DNA of 64,000 bases. Origin: Bacteroidales bacterium (GTDB lineage: Bacteria > Bacteroidota > Bacteroidia > Bacteroidales > UBA932). The position numbers and the translations under genes are program-made. This document shows, one piece after another, positions 39,920 through 49,262 of this stretch (position 1 is its first letter; every line of letters begins with the position of its first letter). Where the stretch lies: positions 2,871 to 66,870 of the forward strand of contig JAKSKN010000008.1 of the NCBI GenBank assembly GCA_024401695.1. Reading direction: 5' to 3'. The notes under the pieces were generated by a model. The model ran no database searches. It was not told where the DNA came from and saw nothing but the letters and a program-made list of their open reading frames with translations.

Positions 39920-42107
39920 CTTTCGGAGTGTAATAGCGGTGCTGGGCTTCAATCTGTCTAGGCTCTGCGAACGAAGACACTCTCTTAAGGTAACCGATCA
40001 CCCTGGTGAGGTAATCGATGTCCGTGCTGCCGCACTTAGGGCACTCGGTGTGGGTATCCTTGCTGATGTGGCCGCACTTGTTGCAGACGGTATTGCGGCA
40101 GTTGAATGTGAAGTAATTCGTGCCGTAATGCGCCGCAACGTTGAGAAGTTGCCTGTACTGCTCCTTGGAAAGATGCTCCTGGAGGTTCATATGGAGGGCG
40201 GATCCGCCGTCGAGGTACTTGACGAAGTCCTCACCGTGAAGTTTGAACTTGTCGATCATGCTGACCTCGGTATCTTCAGGATTATAGAAGTACGAGCTGT
40301 AGAGGTTGTGCTTGTCGGATACGAAATAACCGTCCTTCTTGTCCCATTTGTAGTTTTTGGCGGCAAGATTCTCGGCAGGCACGAACTCGGTGTTGAACAT
40401 TGCATCAGGGGTCCTGTCCTTGCGGTTCGCAATGTTGATGGTCTCGAGAATGGTGTTGACGAATGCGCCGTACTCCGGATTAGGAGACACCTCGAGTCCG
40501 AGGAATTCGGCGGCTTCGGTAAGTCCATTCACACCTACAGTCAGATACTGGCGTCTCATATCGATGAAACCGGCCTTGTATACATCAAGCATATCGGCGT
40601 TGAGGAAGTCCTTGATGATCTCGTTGAACGCAATCTGATACTTGTGGACACGTTCTGTCATCTCCCTGAGGTCCTTGTCGATGTAATTGACGTACAGGTC
40701 ATCCTTGTCGTAGAAGTTTGACACAGGATTGAGCGGTTTGCCGGCTTCAAGATTGACACCGCGGCGCTCGAGGAAGTAGCGGCGCACTGAGTCCTGAATA
40801 ATGCGGTTAAGATTGATGGTCATAACGGATTTGGAACCGGTTGAAACCGACGCAGTACCCATCGAATACTGGTGAGTGGTGTGGTTGTGGTCCACATCTT
40901 CCATATCCTTGAGGCTGTTGCGCAGACGGCAGCAGCTTGAGAGTGAATCCGGGCTGTTTGAAAGGTAGCAGAAGAAGCTGTGGCCCTTTGCCCACATCTC
41001 CGACGTGAAATCGGCATACGCCTGGTCGGCGAAGTCGTCTCCACCGTTGGTAAGGAGGGCCATGGTCTCTACCGGGAAGGTAAGGATGTAGTTCCTGCGT
41101 TCCTCGTTGAACCAGTTCATGAAATGCCTCTGGAGCCAGTCGAGGGTCTCCCAGATTGGGGCTGACCCGTCAGGGAAACGGAACTCTCCGAAGACGCCTT
41201 CGAAATACGGCTTGTCGAAATAGCTGATGTTCCAGAACACGGTCTGATAGCCGCGATTGCCCGCAGGCATGTTCATCGAGTGGACTACCTGCTGGAAATA
41301 GTTGTCGATGACCTTGGAGAGAGTGCGCTTCTTGACATTGTTCTCCACAACGTCGTCGAGGTGCTCGATATAGTCGTCGCCGTAGTCCTTGCGGATGAAG
41401 TAGTCGAGATACATAAGGAACTCCGGAGTGGCAACGGCACCCATGAACTGCGAAGAAACGGAATACACGAGGTTGATGAACTCTCCGCAGAAGCTCTTGA
41501 GATCGGTAGGGGCTATGGACACGCCGCCCAGTTCCTTGAGACCGCTGACGAGGAAAGGATACATCGTGATGGCGACACAGTAAGGGAAGCCCGGAGTGCC
41601 GCTTTCATCGTGCTTGTAGAGGACGTGCGAATTGAGGTCGGCAAGATACTGGTCTGCGAGCGCGCGGCCGTAGAGCGTCTTGATCTTGTCGCACATGATG
41701 TAGCGGTTCTGCTTGATGTTGTTCTCCTTGTAGAGTTCGTTACCGAGCGTGACGATGTTCTTCCTGGTCACATTTGCATTGGCATCGAACTTCGAGCCCG
41801 TGGCGGCGTTCTTGGCCACGATGTAGTCCTTGATGAAGTCGCGCTTCTTGCGGAGGTCAAGGTCGGCGTCGAACTTGTCGATGTAGGCATGGGCCACCTT
41901 CTTGTTGATGCCCATCAGAGCATCCTCCACCTGACGGCGGATTTCCTGACTGGTGATACCCTCGTAGATGTAAAGGTTGTTGATAATGGAGACTACTATC
42001 GCGTCATCGCAATACTGCCCCGCCGATTTGTAGGCCTCGTGGATACCACGGGCCAGTTTGGCTTTGTCGTACTCTTCAAGCGAGCCGTTGGTTTTACGTA
42101 CGTCCAT
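39912..42107 (-). CDS. nrdD: Class III anaerobic ribonucleoside-triphosphate reductase with ATP cone
   Basis: ATP cone, PYCVA, SSCCRL, CNKCG..CPKC, RVIGYL glycyl-radical motif. Confidence 0.95.
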   Translation of the reverse strand: MDVRKTNGSLEEYDKAKLARGIHEAYKSAGQYCDDAIVVSIINNLYIYEGITSQEIRRQVEDALMGINKKVAHAYIDKFDADLDLRKKRDFIKDYIVAKNAATGSKFDANANVTRKNIVTLGNELYKENNIKQNRYIMCDKIKTLYGRALADQYLADLNSHVLYKHDESGTPGFPYCVAITMYPFLVSGLKELGGVSIAPTDLKSFCGEFINLVYSVSSQFMGAVATPEFLMYLDYFIRKDYGDDYIEHLDDVVENNVKKRTLSKVIDNYFQQVVHSMNMPAGNRGYQTVFWNISYFDKPYFEGVFGEFRFPDGSAPIWETLDWLQRHFMNWFNEERRNYILTFPVETMALLTNGGDDFADQAYADFTSEMWAKGHSFFCYLSNSPDSLSSCCRLRNSLKDMEDVDHNHTTHQYSMGTASVSTGSKSVMTINLNRIIQDSVRRYFLERRGVNLEAGKPLNPVSNFYDKDDLYVNYIDKDLREMTERVHKYQIAFNEIIKDFLNADMLDVYKAGFIDMRRQYLTVGVNGLTEAAEFLGLEVSPNPEYGAFVNTILETINIANRKDRTPDAMFNTEFVPAENLAAKNYKWDKKDGYFVSDKHNLYSSYFYNPEDTEVSMIDKFKLHGEDFVKYLDGGSALHMNLQEHLSKEQYRQLLNVAAHYGTNYFTFNCRNTVCNKCGHISKDTHTECPKCGSTDIDYLTRVIGYLKRVSSFAEPRQIEAQHRYYTPKDA

Positions 42108-42241
42108 CTATATAGGAAGGTTAGAACTATGGTTATTATTTCGTTTTCCGCAAAGCGGGTTGACAACAAAATTAGCCATATTAATCTCACCAATTCCCAA
42201 CGCCCCGGACAAGTTTTCAACAAAGTTTTGAACAAGGGAAA

Positions 42242-43360
42242 CTATATCGCCTTCCTGTACGCCCTGCGCCGCATAAAAGGCTCGGTTTCGTACTGTTCGA
42301 AGAGAGACTGGACCTTGACATTGTCTTCAAGCTGAGGATTGAGTATCATCCTTTTTATGCCGCGCTTCAGGCAGTTTTCGTGCAGATACTTGAACATCAG
42401 CACATTCGCGCCCTTCCCCTGATATTCCGGCAGGACGCCTATCATCAGGTCCTCGATGGTGTCGTTGTGGCGTAGCGCCCGGAGGATACGCAGGAATCCG
42501 AACGGGAAGAGCTTGCCCTTCGACTTCTTCACCGCCTTCGAGAGGGACGGCACACAGAAAGTGAAGCCGACAGGATTGTCGTCCTCGTCCAGACAGATCG
42601 CCACGAAGTCCGGGATCAGAATCGGGACATAAGTCCTGAGATACCTGTCTATCTGCCTGTCGGAAAGGGGCGTGAACTGGAACAGCGGTGCAAAGGACTC
42701 GTTGTACATATGGAATATCGACAGTCCGTACTTCTCATTCATCTCCGATACGCTTCTGCACTTGGCAACCTTCAGGCCATAGCGCTTCCCTATCAGGTCG
42801 GCATACTGGAACATAGGCGGAAGATCGGATGTCACCTTCACGATACGCTGCGTCCAGTCGACATCCTTCTCGAATCCCAATTTCTGGAGCATGGAGTCAT
42901 AATAAGGATAGTTGTACAGGCAGGTGAAAGGGCTGAGCTTTTCGTAGCCCTCCACAAGCAGGCCTTCCTTGTCCATGTCCGTGAACCCCAACGGACCCTT
43001 GATGAAAGTGCATCCGCGTGCGCGGCCCCATTCCACCACCTTGTCCATCAACGCGCGCAGCACTTCCTCGTCCTCAATGAAATCAAGCCATCCGAATCGC
43101 ACTATCTTCTCGCCCCAGAGTTCATTCGCCTTCCTGTTGATGATTGCCGCCACGCGGCCTGCGACGCGACCGTCCTTGTATGCAAGGTACAATTCAGCCT
43201 CGCAGTACTCGAAGGCACCGTTGGTCTTGGGATTCAGCGTGTCATATTCGTCCCCCTCGAGGGCGGGAACCCAGTTTTCGCAATTCTTGTACAGCTCATA
43301 AGGGAATTTAACGAAAGCGCGGAGAAGCGGCTTCGAGTCAACAATTCTGGTCGTAATCAT
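42242..43360 (-). CDS. Double-GNAT acyltransferase of the bacterial ceramide synthase (bCerS)/YghO-like family
   Basis: FPYELYK..WVP, LAYKDGRVAGRVAAIIN, RFGWLDF, GPLGFTD, YNYPYY, IGVLPEYQGKG. Confidence 0.75.
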   Translation of the reverse strand: MITTRIVDSKPLLRAFVKFPYELYKNCENWVPALEGDEYDTLNPKTNGAFEYCEAELYLAYKDGRVAGRVAAIINRKANELWGEKIVRFGWLDFIEDEEVLRALMDKVVEWGRARGCTFIKGPLGFTDMDKEGLLVEGYEKLSPFTCLYNYPYYDSMLQKLGFEKDVDWTQRIVKVTSDLPPMFQYADLIGKRYGLKVAKCRSVSEMNEKYGLSIFHMYNESFAPLFQFTPLSDRQIDRYLRTYVPILIPDFVAICLDEDDNPVGFTFCVPSLSKAVKKSKGKLFPFGFLRILRALRHNDTIEDLMIGVLPEYQGKGANVLMFKYLHENCLKRGIKRMILNPQLEDNVKVQSLFEQYETEPFMRRRAYRKAI

Positions 43361-43459
43361 TCTGTCCTGGAAGTTTTAGTCTTTACAAATTTAGATATTT
43401 TTCTTATATTTGAAGAATAAAACCAATTAGAAAAACTTCAAGACAAAGGAGAAGAGATT

Positions 43460-44953
43460 ATGGGAAACTACTTTTATGACATGCTCCCTTCGGAGGAGAT
43501 CGCACAGTTGAAGTATATTCCGACCGTGCCCGAATTTTTAACCTGGATCGAGGAAAAGTGGGCTGATCTGCCAGCAGTATCCGATACGAACGTCACCTAC
43601 ACCTATTCGCAGATGTGCAGCCGCATCGCACGCCGCCGCGCCTTCCTTGAAGACTGCGGTCTCTCAAAGGGAGACAAGGTCGCCATCTGGGAGAAGACGT
43701 CCATCGATGCGGTCGAGATGTTCCTTGCGGCCCTTTCTGCCGGTTACATCGGGATCATCCTTCCTACCGGCCTTCCGGAACAGGCAGTCATCGGCTGCTG
43801 TATGAAATTCGGCGTCAAGCTGCTCGCCGTCCGCGACGAGTTCGCCGGAAAAGTGGCCGCAGCCCCCTGCAAACTTGTGTCATCTTCATCAATGGCAGAC
43901 AGAGAAGCTCCGTCAGCGGCTGTCAGCAAGGATGACCCTGCAGCAATATTCTTTACCGGAGGCACCACAGGCGCTCCTAAGGGAGCCATCCTGCCTCATC
44001 GCGCGCTTATGCGCGGAAGCTTCAACGGATGCTTCGCCCCGGGCAGCCAGCTGGGACATCACCGTATGGTCTGCCTGCTTCCGCTCAGCCACGTGTTCGG
44101 ACTTGTCCGCTCAACCCTTTCCGCATTCTATACGGGATCGCTCTGGTATCCGGCCGAAGATATGAAAGCCACCATCGGCAAGCTGCCGGTCATCAAGCCT
44201 ACCCTCCTCGTACTTGTTCCGGGCCTGTGTGACATCCTGTACGGACTCACCAGGATGTATGGCCCGCAATTTCTGGGCGGCGAGCTCAAGACGATCATTG
44301 CCGGAGCGGCAAACGTTCCGCCGCGCCTTATCTCCGAATTCGACAAGCTCGGCATCGCCCTCCTTGCCGGCTATGGAATGACAGAAGGCGCCAACCTCAC
44401 TTCCGGCAACAAGGACGTCAAGGACAAACCGACTTCAGTCGGCAAGATATACCCGGAGCAGGAAGTGAAGATCGTCGACGGCGAGATCTGGTTCCGCGGC
44501 GACAACGTATTCCTCGGATACTACGGAGACCCTGAGGCCACCAGTGCCACCCTTACGGAAGACGGCTGGGTCAGGACCGGCGACCTCGGACGCCTCGATG
44601 AAGAGGGATACCTCTATATCACCGGCAGAATCAAGAACATCATCGTCCTCGCCAACGGCGAAAACGTCTCACCGGAAGAGATCGAGGAGCCGTTCTACAA
44701 ATGCGCCGCGCTCAAGGACTGCCTCGTGAAGGAAGTCGATTCCGACGGAGAGAAGGTCATCGGTATCGAGATCTTCCCTCAGATGCCCGCATTCGAGGGC
44801 AAGCCTTGGGAACAGGTCGAGGCCTTTTTCAATGACCTCGTCAACAAGGTCAATGCAGAACTTCCAAGCACCCACCGGATCCAGAAGGTGATCGTCCGTC
44901 ACGAAGACTTCAAGCGCACCGGTTCACTCAAAGTTTCACGAAACCAGAATTAA
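43460..44953 (+). CDS. AMP-binding long-chain acyl-CoA/acyl-ACP synthetase
   Basis: FTGGTTGAPKG, GYGMTE, RTGDLG, GRIKNII..NGENVSPEEIE. Confidence 0.9.
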   Translation: MGNYFYDMLPSEEIAQLKYIPTVPEFLTWIEEKWADLPAVSDTNVTYTYSQMCSRIARRRAFLEDCGLSKGDKVAIWEKTSIDAVEMFLAALSAGYIGIILPTGLPEQAVIGCCMKFGVKLLAVRDEFAGKVAAAPCKLVSSSSMADREAPSAAVSKDDPAAIFFTGGTTGAPKGAILPHRALMRGSFNGCFAPGSQLGHHRMVCLLPLSHVFGLVRSTLSAFYTGSLWYPAEDMKATIGKLPVIKPTLLVLVPGLCDILYGLTRMYGPQFLGGELKTIIAGAANVPPRLISEFDKLGIALLAGYGMTEGANLTSGNKDVKDKPTSVGKIYPEQEVKIVDGEIWFRGDNVFLGYYGDPEATSATLTEDGWVRTGDLGRLDEEGYLYITGRIKNIIVLANGENVSPEEIEEPFYKCAALKDCLVKEVDSDGEKVIGIEIFPQMPAFEGKPWEQVEAFFNDLVNKVNAELPSTHRIQKVIVRHEDFKRTGSLKVSRNQN

Positions 44954-44956
44954 GAT

Positions 44957-45199
44957 ATGACACGCGAAGAAATACTCGACAATCTCAAGGAGATAGTTCT
45001 TACAATCAAGCCAAAGCTCGACTTTTCAAACATCACCCCGGACTCATCCCTCGTGAAGGACCTTGGCATAGACTCGCTTTCAATGCTTCTGCTTTCACTT
45101 GCAATCGAGAACAAGTTCGGATTCCAGTTCGACTCCCAGGCTAAATTCAACACCATCGGCGAAGTCATCGACTACATCGAAAAGGTCCTGAACAAATAG
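44957..45199 (+). CDS. Acyl carrier protein
   Basis: LGIDSLS phosphopantetheine site, 80 aa, acidic. Confidence 0.92.
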   Translation: MTREEILDNLKEIVLTIKPKLDFSNITPDSSLVKDLGIDSLSMLLLSLAIENKFGFQFDSQAKFNTIGEVIDYIEKVLNK

Positions 45200-45216
45200 C
45201 TTTACACGAACGCAAG

Positions 45217-45253
45217 AACGGGCGGCTTCCCACAAGGAAGACCGCCCGTTTTT
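45217..45253. terminator. Intrinsic terminator after ACP
   Basis: AACGGGCGG...CCGCCCGTTTTT. Confidence 0.8.
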
Positions 45254-45294
45254 ACGACAAAGCAATTACAACAGACTAATACTACAGATTGCAG

Positions 45295-46005
45295 TCATAT
45301 ATGCAGACGGAGTATGGAGGCGCCGTGAAGAATGGCGACGGCGTGCGCCAGAGCGGTGTTTCCGCGGGTGAAGCGTTTGTCGGAAGCGCCTATGAGGACA
45401 GGATGTCCGAGGGCTGCAAGTTCCTCGAGCCTGTATAATATCTCCCAGCACTGCTCCGGGGTCTTGGCGAATCCCAGCCCCGGATCAAGTATCCAGTCTG
45501 AGATGCCTGCAGCGGAGGCACGTTTTTCAAAGTCCCTGAAATAATTGACGAGAGCGGGCACGACCCCTTCCGGATAGTCGGACAGCCCGTCCATAGTGGT
45601 CGGGCAACCTCTTTTGTGCATCGCGACATACGGCAGATGCAGTCTGCCGGCGGCACGGAGCATCGCGGGGTCATCCTCCCCAGACGAGATGTCATTGACG
45701 ATGAATTCTCCCAGGACCGCATAGGCACGGAGGACAATCTCCGATCTGGTGGTATCGATTGAAATCTGTGGCCGTGACGGCATCGGGGCCACAGCCCGCA
45801 ATGCGGGTTCAAGCCGCTGCCACTCCTCTTCAAGGCTGACCGTAGCGGCACCGGGACGGGTTGACACGGCGCCCAGATCAATGATGGACGCTCCGGAATC
45901 CTGCATCGAGCGTATGCGTGCCGGGACATCGGCCGCCACGACCCTGCTGGACTCGATGAAAGAGTCCGGCGTAAGATTCAGGATGCCCATCAACCTGACC
46001 ATCAT
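45295..46005 (-). CDS. folP: Dihydropteroate synthase (compact)
   Basis: MGILNLTPDSF, STRPGA, SIDT, VNDIS, LDPGLGFAK, LIGASDK. Confidence 0.9.
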   Translation of the reverse strand: MMVRLMGILNLTPDSFIESSRVVAADVPARIRSMQDSGASIIDLGAVSTRPGAATVSLEEEWQRLEPALRAVAPMPSRPQISIDTTRSEIVLRAYAVLGEFIVNDISSGEDDPAMLRAAGRLHLPYVAMHKRGCPTTMDGLSDYPEGVVPALVNYFRDFEKRASAAGISDWILDPGLGFAKTPEQCWEILYRLEELAALGHPVLIGASDKRFTRGNTALAHAVAILHGASILRLHI

Positions 46006-46949
46006 TCGACGTGTTCTTTAAGGAATCTGCGCACGACAGCGGTATATTCCGCCGGGTGGTCAGGATAACTGTATGCGTGCCTTGACCCGCTTACAATCCA
46101 GATTTCACGATATCCGTTGACCTTTGCGTCATAATTCACCCGGGACATTGAAGTCGGCGTGATCTGGTCGGCATCGCCGTGGATGAACAGCATAGGCTTG
46201 GAGCACTTTGCAACCTGGCGCGAAGGGACATCGTCAAGGACTGACCATCCGAAACGGCGTTTTACCTGAGTCTCAATATTCTCAAGAATCGGCCCGGCAG
46301 GCAGCTTGCGCTCGGTAAGCAGGGTGTCCGCGACATCCCACAGAGAAGAGAATCCGCAGTCCGCAATGAATCCGCGCACATAGTCGGGAGTGCCTTCTCC
46401 GCCGGCATTCATAATGGAAGCCGCACCCATCGATATGCCGTGATACACCTGCAGGGTGTCGCCAAAGACTTCGTGGGCGATTGCAGACCAGTCGAGTACA
46501 TCAAAGCGGTCGAGCCAGCCCATCTGTACGGCAGCCCCTTCGCTCAGGCCGAGGCGTCTCAGGTCCGGCAGCAGCACATTGTATCCAATGGAATCCCGGA
46601 ACATCCTGGCGATATGCATCATATTCATATTGTTCGCGCCATAGCCGTGGATGATCACAGCCGTCCTGCGGGAAGGCACCGGTGCTGCAGCATAGTTGGC
46701 GTGAAGCTTGAATCCATCGCGCACGATGGTCGTGTCGTGCATCTGCCCGCTCAGAAACATCCGGTCCACCCAGGCGGTCAGACCCGGAACCCTCTTTTCC
46801 ATCTCTTTCTTCGACCTGGCGAAGGCCATAGGGTCATAGTTCCTTTCCAATCCGCGCCGGACTATGATGGAGCCGGCGATACCGCAGCTTTCAAAGACAA
46901 GCAGGGCTGAAGCCAGGACGACGGCAATAATAATTCGTTTATTCATCAA
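46002..46949 (-). CDS. Membrane-anchored/lipoprotein alpha/beta hydrolase
   Basis: IIHGY, HGISMGA, FIHGDAD, GSRHA. Confidence 0.88.
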   Translation of the reverse strand: MMNKRIIIAVVLASALLVFESCGIAGSIIVRRGLERNYDPMAFARSKKEMEKRVPGLTAWVDRMFLSGQMHDTTIVRDGFKLHANYAAAPVPSRRTAVIIHGYGANNMNMMHIARMFRDSIGYNVLLPDLRRLGLSEGAAVQMGWLDRFDVLDWSAIAHEVFGDTLQVYHGISMGAASIMNAGGEGTPDYVRGFIADCGFSSLWDVADTLLTERKLPAGPILENIETQVKRRFGWSVLDDVPSRQVAKCSKPMLFIHGDADQITPTSMSRVNYDAKVNGYREIWIVSGSRHAYSYPDHPAEYTAVVRRFLKEHVE

Positions 46950-47595
46950 GTATCTCGGAAATATGTTCAGAAAGTTCTTTCATTGAGTGGTAAAGCACGT
47001 CAGCTCCTTCAGCAAGCAGCATCTCGTCCGGAAGCGGGCCTGTGTTCACGGCAACCACATAGCAGCCGGCAGCGTGCCCTGACCGGACTCCCAGCGGCGC
47101 ATTTTCGATGACGACGGCCTCGGATGCGGGGACCCCTGCCCTCTCCATCCCTTTCAGATATGGTTCAGGGTCGGGTTTCCCCTTGACGACATCGGCTGCC
47201 GTAACCATCCATTCCTTGCGGAAAAGTCCGCCATAATTTTCGTCTATGCGGTCCAGCATATGCTTCTGACCCGACCCTGTCACGACTATGGCAGTCGCAC
47301 CGAAGTCGCGGACGGCCTTGACGGCATCCCAGGCGCCAGGCATTGCCGGAGCTTCCGGCATGGCATCGAAATATCTGCATTTGCGTTCATACAGACGCGG
47401 CCACTCCTTCTCCCCTCTTTCAACACCCAGAAAAAGACAGATGGAGGACTTGCCGGTACGTCCCTCGTTCTCATAAATACGGGATTCAGGGAAGTCAAGC
47501 CCCTCGTCCAGCATCGTCTGCCGCCACGCCTTGGCGTGCCTCGGCATAGAGTCGAACAGGACTCCGTCCATATCAAACATCACAAGTCTCTTCAT
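46939..47595 (-). CDS. HAD-family phosphatase (beta-PGM-like)
   Basis: FDMDGVLFDS, VTGS, GKPDPEPY, IENAPLG; start at ATG 47595, not 47919. Confidence 0.9.
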   Translation of the reverse strand: MKRLVMFDMDGVLFDSMPRHAKAWRQTMLDEGLDFPESRIYENEGRTGKSSICLFLGVERGEKEWPRLYERKCRYFDAMPEAPAMPGAWDAVKAVRDFGATAIVVTGSGQKHMLDRIDENYGGLFRKEWMVTAADVVKGKPDPEPYLKGMERAGVPASEAVVIENAPLGVRSGHAAGCYVVAVNTGPLPDEMLLAEGADVLYHSMKELSEHISEILDE

Positions 47596-47613
47596 TATCG
47601 TTTGATTTAAGCG

Positions 47614-47630
47614 CAAAATTAGTAAATTTG
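47614..47630. promoter_or_regulatory. Back-to-back divergent -7 boxes
   Basis: TAATTTTG (minus, 47621-47614) and TAAATTTG (plus, 47623-47630). Confidence 0.55.
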
Positions 47631-47644
47631 TGTAAAAGACGCGT

Positions 47645-48163
47645 ATGAAAAAGATCTTGTTACTTGCAACAGTGCTTCTCCTGTCCTTCACCCTGAACGC
47701 ACAGGATTTCTCGAAATACCTCGGCAAGGTTTCCGGCACCCCGTTCATCGTCATCAGCAAGGCTGACTTCCAGCTGACGCTGGTCGGCGCCGACGGACAA
47801 GCCATAAAGCAGTACGGCTGCGCCGTCGCCAGGAACCTCGGTCCGAAGGAGAAGCGCGGCGACCACAAGACCCCGGAAGGGACCTTCAAGATCAACGAGC
47901 TGCTGAATTCCAAGAGCATTCCTCACGATTTCCACGACGGGAAAGGCCCTATCATCGGCGCGTACGGTCCCTGGTTCCTCAGGCTTGACGTACCGGGATT
48001 CCGCGACATAGGCATACACGGCACCCATCTTCCCGAATCAATCGGCTCCCGCGCCACGGAAGGCTGCATACGCCTCAGGAACGAAGACATACTGGACCTC
48101 AAATCACGGATCAAGCTTGGAACCGAAGTCATCATTCTGCCGGAAGGCGTGAGCGCATTATGA
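47645..48163 (+). CDS. L,D-transpeptidase (YkuD family)
   Basis: GDHKTPEG, IGIHGT...SRATEGCIRL; signal peptide. Confidence 0.92.
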   Translation: MKKILLLATVLLLSFTLNAQDFSKYLGKVSGTPFIVISKADFQLTLVGADGQAIKQYGCAVARNLGPKEKRGDHKTPEGTFKINELLNSKSIPHDFHDGKGPIIGAYGPWFLRLDVPGFRDIGIHGTHLPESIGSRATEGCIRLRNEDILDLKSRIKLGTEVIILPEGVSAL

Positions 48164-48200
48164 TTCTTGTAACATTTTTATAACCAATAATACTGATACT

Positions 48201-48662
48201 ATGGCATCTATTACCGATTTCATCCTCAAACAGGCCACTGCACAGACCAGCGGTATCAACATCCCTTCAAATCTCAAGGACCAGGTTCTCGGCGGACTTT
48301 CAAACTCCATCATCGGAAGCCTCACCCAGACTGCAGCCCAGCCAAGCGGAATTGACCAGATCAAGGGACTTCTCACCGGCAAGACATCCGCCGCAGCAAG
48401 CCCTATCACCGGCCTCGCTACAAACCTCTTTGCCAACAACATCGTCAAGAAGCTCGGCCTCGACGCCAACCTCGGCAGCACACTCTCAGGCCTCATTCCT
48501 TCCATAATGGGCAAACTCTCCGGATTCCTCAAGGACCAGGACGGCGACGGTGACGTGGACATCAACGACATCATCATCTCACTCAAGGGCGGAAACTCAC
48601 AGAAGAAGAGCTCCCTCCTCGGTACCGCAACCTCGATCCTCGGCGGTATCCTGAGAAAATAA
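48201..48662 (+). CDS. Gly/Ser-rich hypothetical protein (DUF937-like) with DxDxDG motif
   Basis: DQDGDGDVDIND EF-hand-like loop. Confidence 0.7.
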   Translation: MASITDFILKQATAQTSGINIPSNLKDQVLGGLSNSIIGSLTQTAAQPSGIDQIKGLLTGKTSAAASPITGLATNLFANNIVKKLGLDANLGSTLSGLIPSIMGKLSGFLKDQDGDGDVDINDIIISLKGGNSQKKSSLLGTATSILGGILRK

Positions 48663-48665
48663 CAT

Positions 48666-49262
48666 ATGCTTGCTGTCAATATCTTTGACATAGCCGACAA
48701 CTTTGACGCCACTGCGGGATTCCGGGACATCAGCCCCCTTCTTCCGCAGTGGCGTCTTGATAAGTCGATGTCATACAGGAACGACATCGACAGGTTTCTC
48801 TGTGCAAAGTCATTTCTTATCCTTGAAGAAATGCTCCGCGTGAACTTCGGGCTCGTTCATTGCCCTGAATTCTCATACGGAAGCCACGGGAAGCCGTATT
48901 TCCGGGAATATCCCGGAGTGTTCTTCAACATCAGCCACTGTCACCGTGGCATTGCCTGCGCAGTTTCCGACAGAGCTGTAGGGATAGACATTGAAGATAT
49001 CCAGTACGACGACGAGCTTGCCAGGATGATCCTCAATCAGGATGAGCTTGCCGCCGTCAGATGTTCGGATGATCCAGGTACGGAATTCACCAGGCTATGG
49101 ACCCTCAAGGAAAGTTTTCTTAAACTGAACGGGGAGGGCCTCCGTGACAATATGAAAGATATCCTTTCCGGGACGGAAGGGATATGCTTCAAGACCGGAA
49201 GCAACAGTGCGGCCGGTTATGTCTGTTCAACGGCAGTCTGCCGCCAGTCACAGGGGGAATGA
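48666..49262 (+). CDS. Sfp-type 4'-phosphopantetheinyl transferase
   Basis: HGKPY, FNISH, VGIDIE, WTLKESFLK. Confidence 0.92.
   Translation: MLAVNIFDIADNFDATAGFRDISPLLPQWRLDKSMSYRNDIDRFLCAKSFLILEEMLRVNFGLVHCPEFSYGSHGKPYFREYPGVFFNISHCHRGIACAVSDRAVGIDIEDIQYDDELARMILNQDELAAVRCSDDPGTEFTRLWTLKESFLKLNGEGLRDNMKDILSGTEGICFKTGSNSAAGYVCSTAVCRQSQGE

Noticed and set aside
39912-42107. Intron or intein in nrdD
   Set aside because: Continuous 731-aa frame of ordinary size with all motifs; no intein C...HN ends or homing-endonuclease motif seen
41280-42335. Long opposite-strand ORFs (e.g. 41280-42335+, 28984-29871-, 17946-18779+, 58878-60008+, 10291-11112-)
   Set aside because: Antisense shadows of well-supported genes caused by codon bias; no motifs
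47596-47919. N-terminal extension of the HAD ORF given in the track
   Set aside because: Overlaps the L,D-transpeptidase on the other strand; HAD motif I begins at ATG 47595 just after a -7 box
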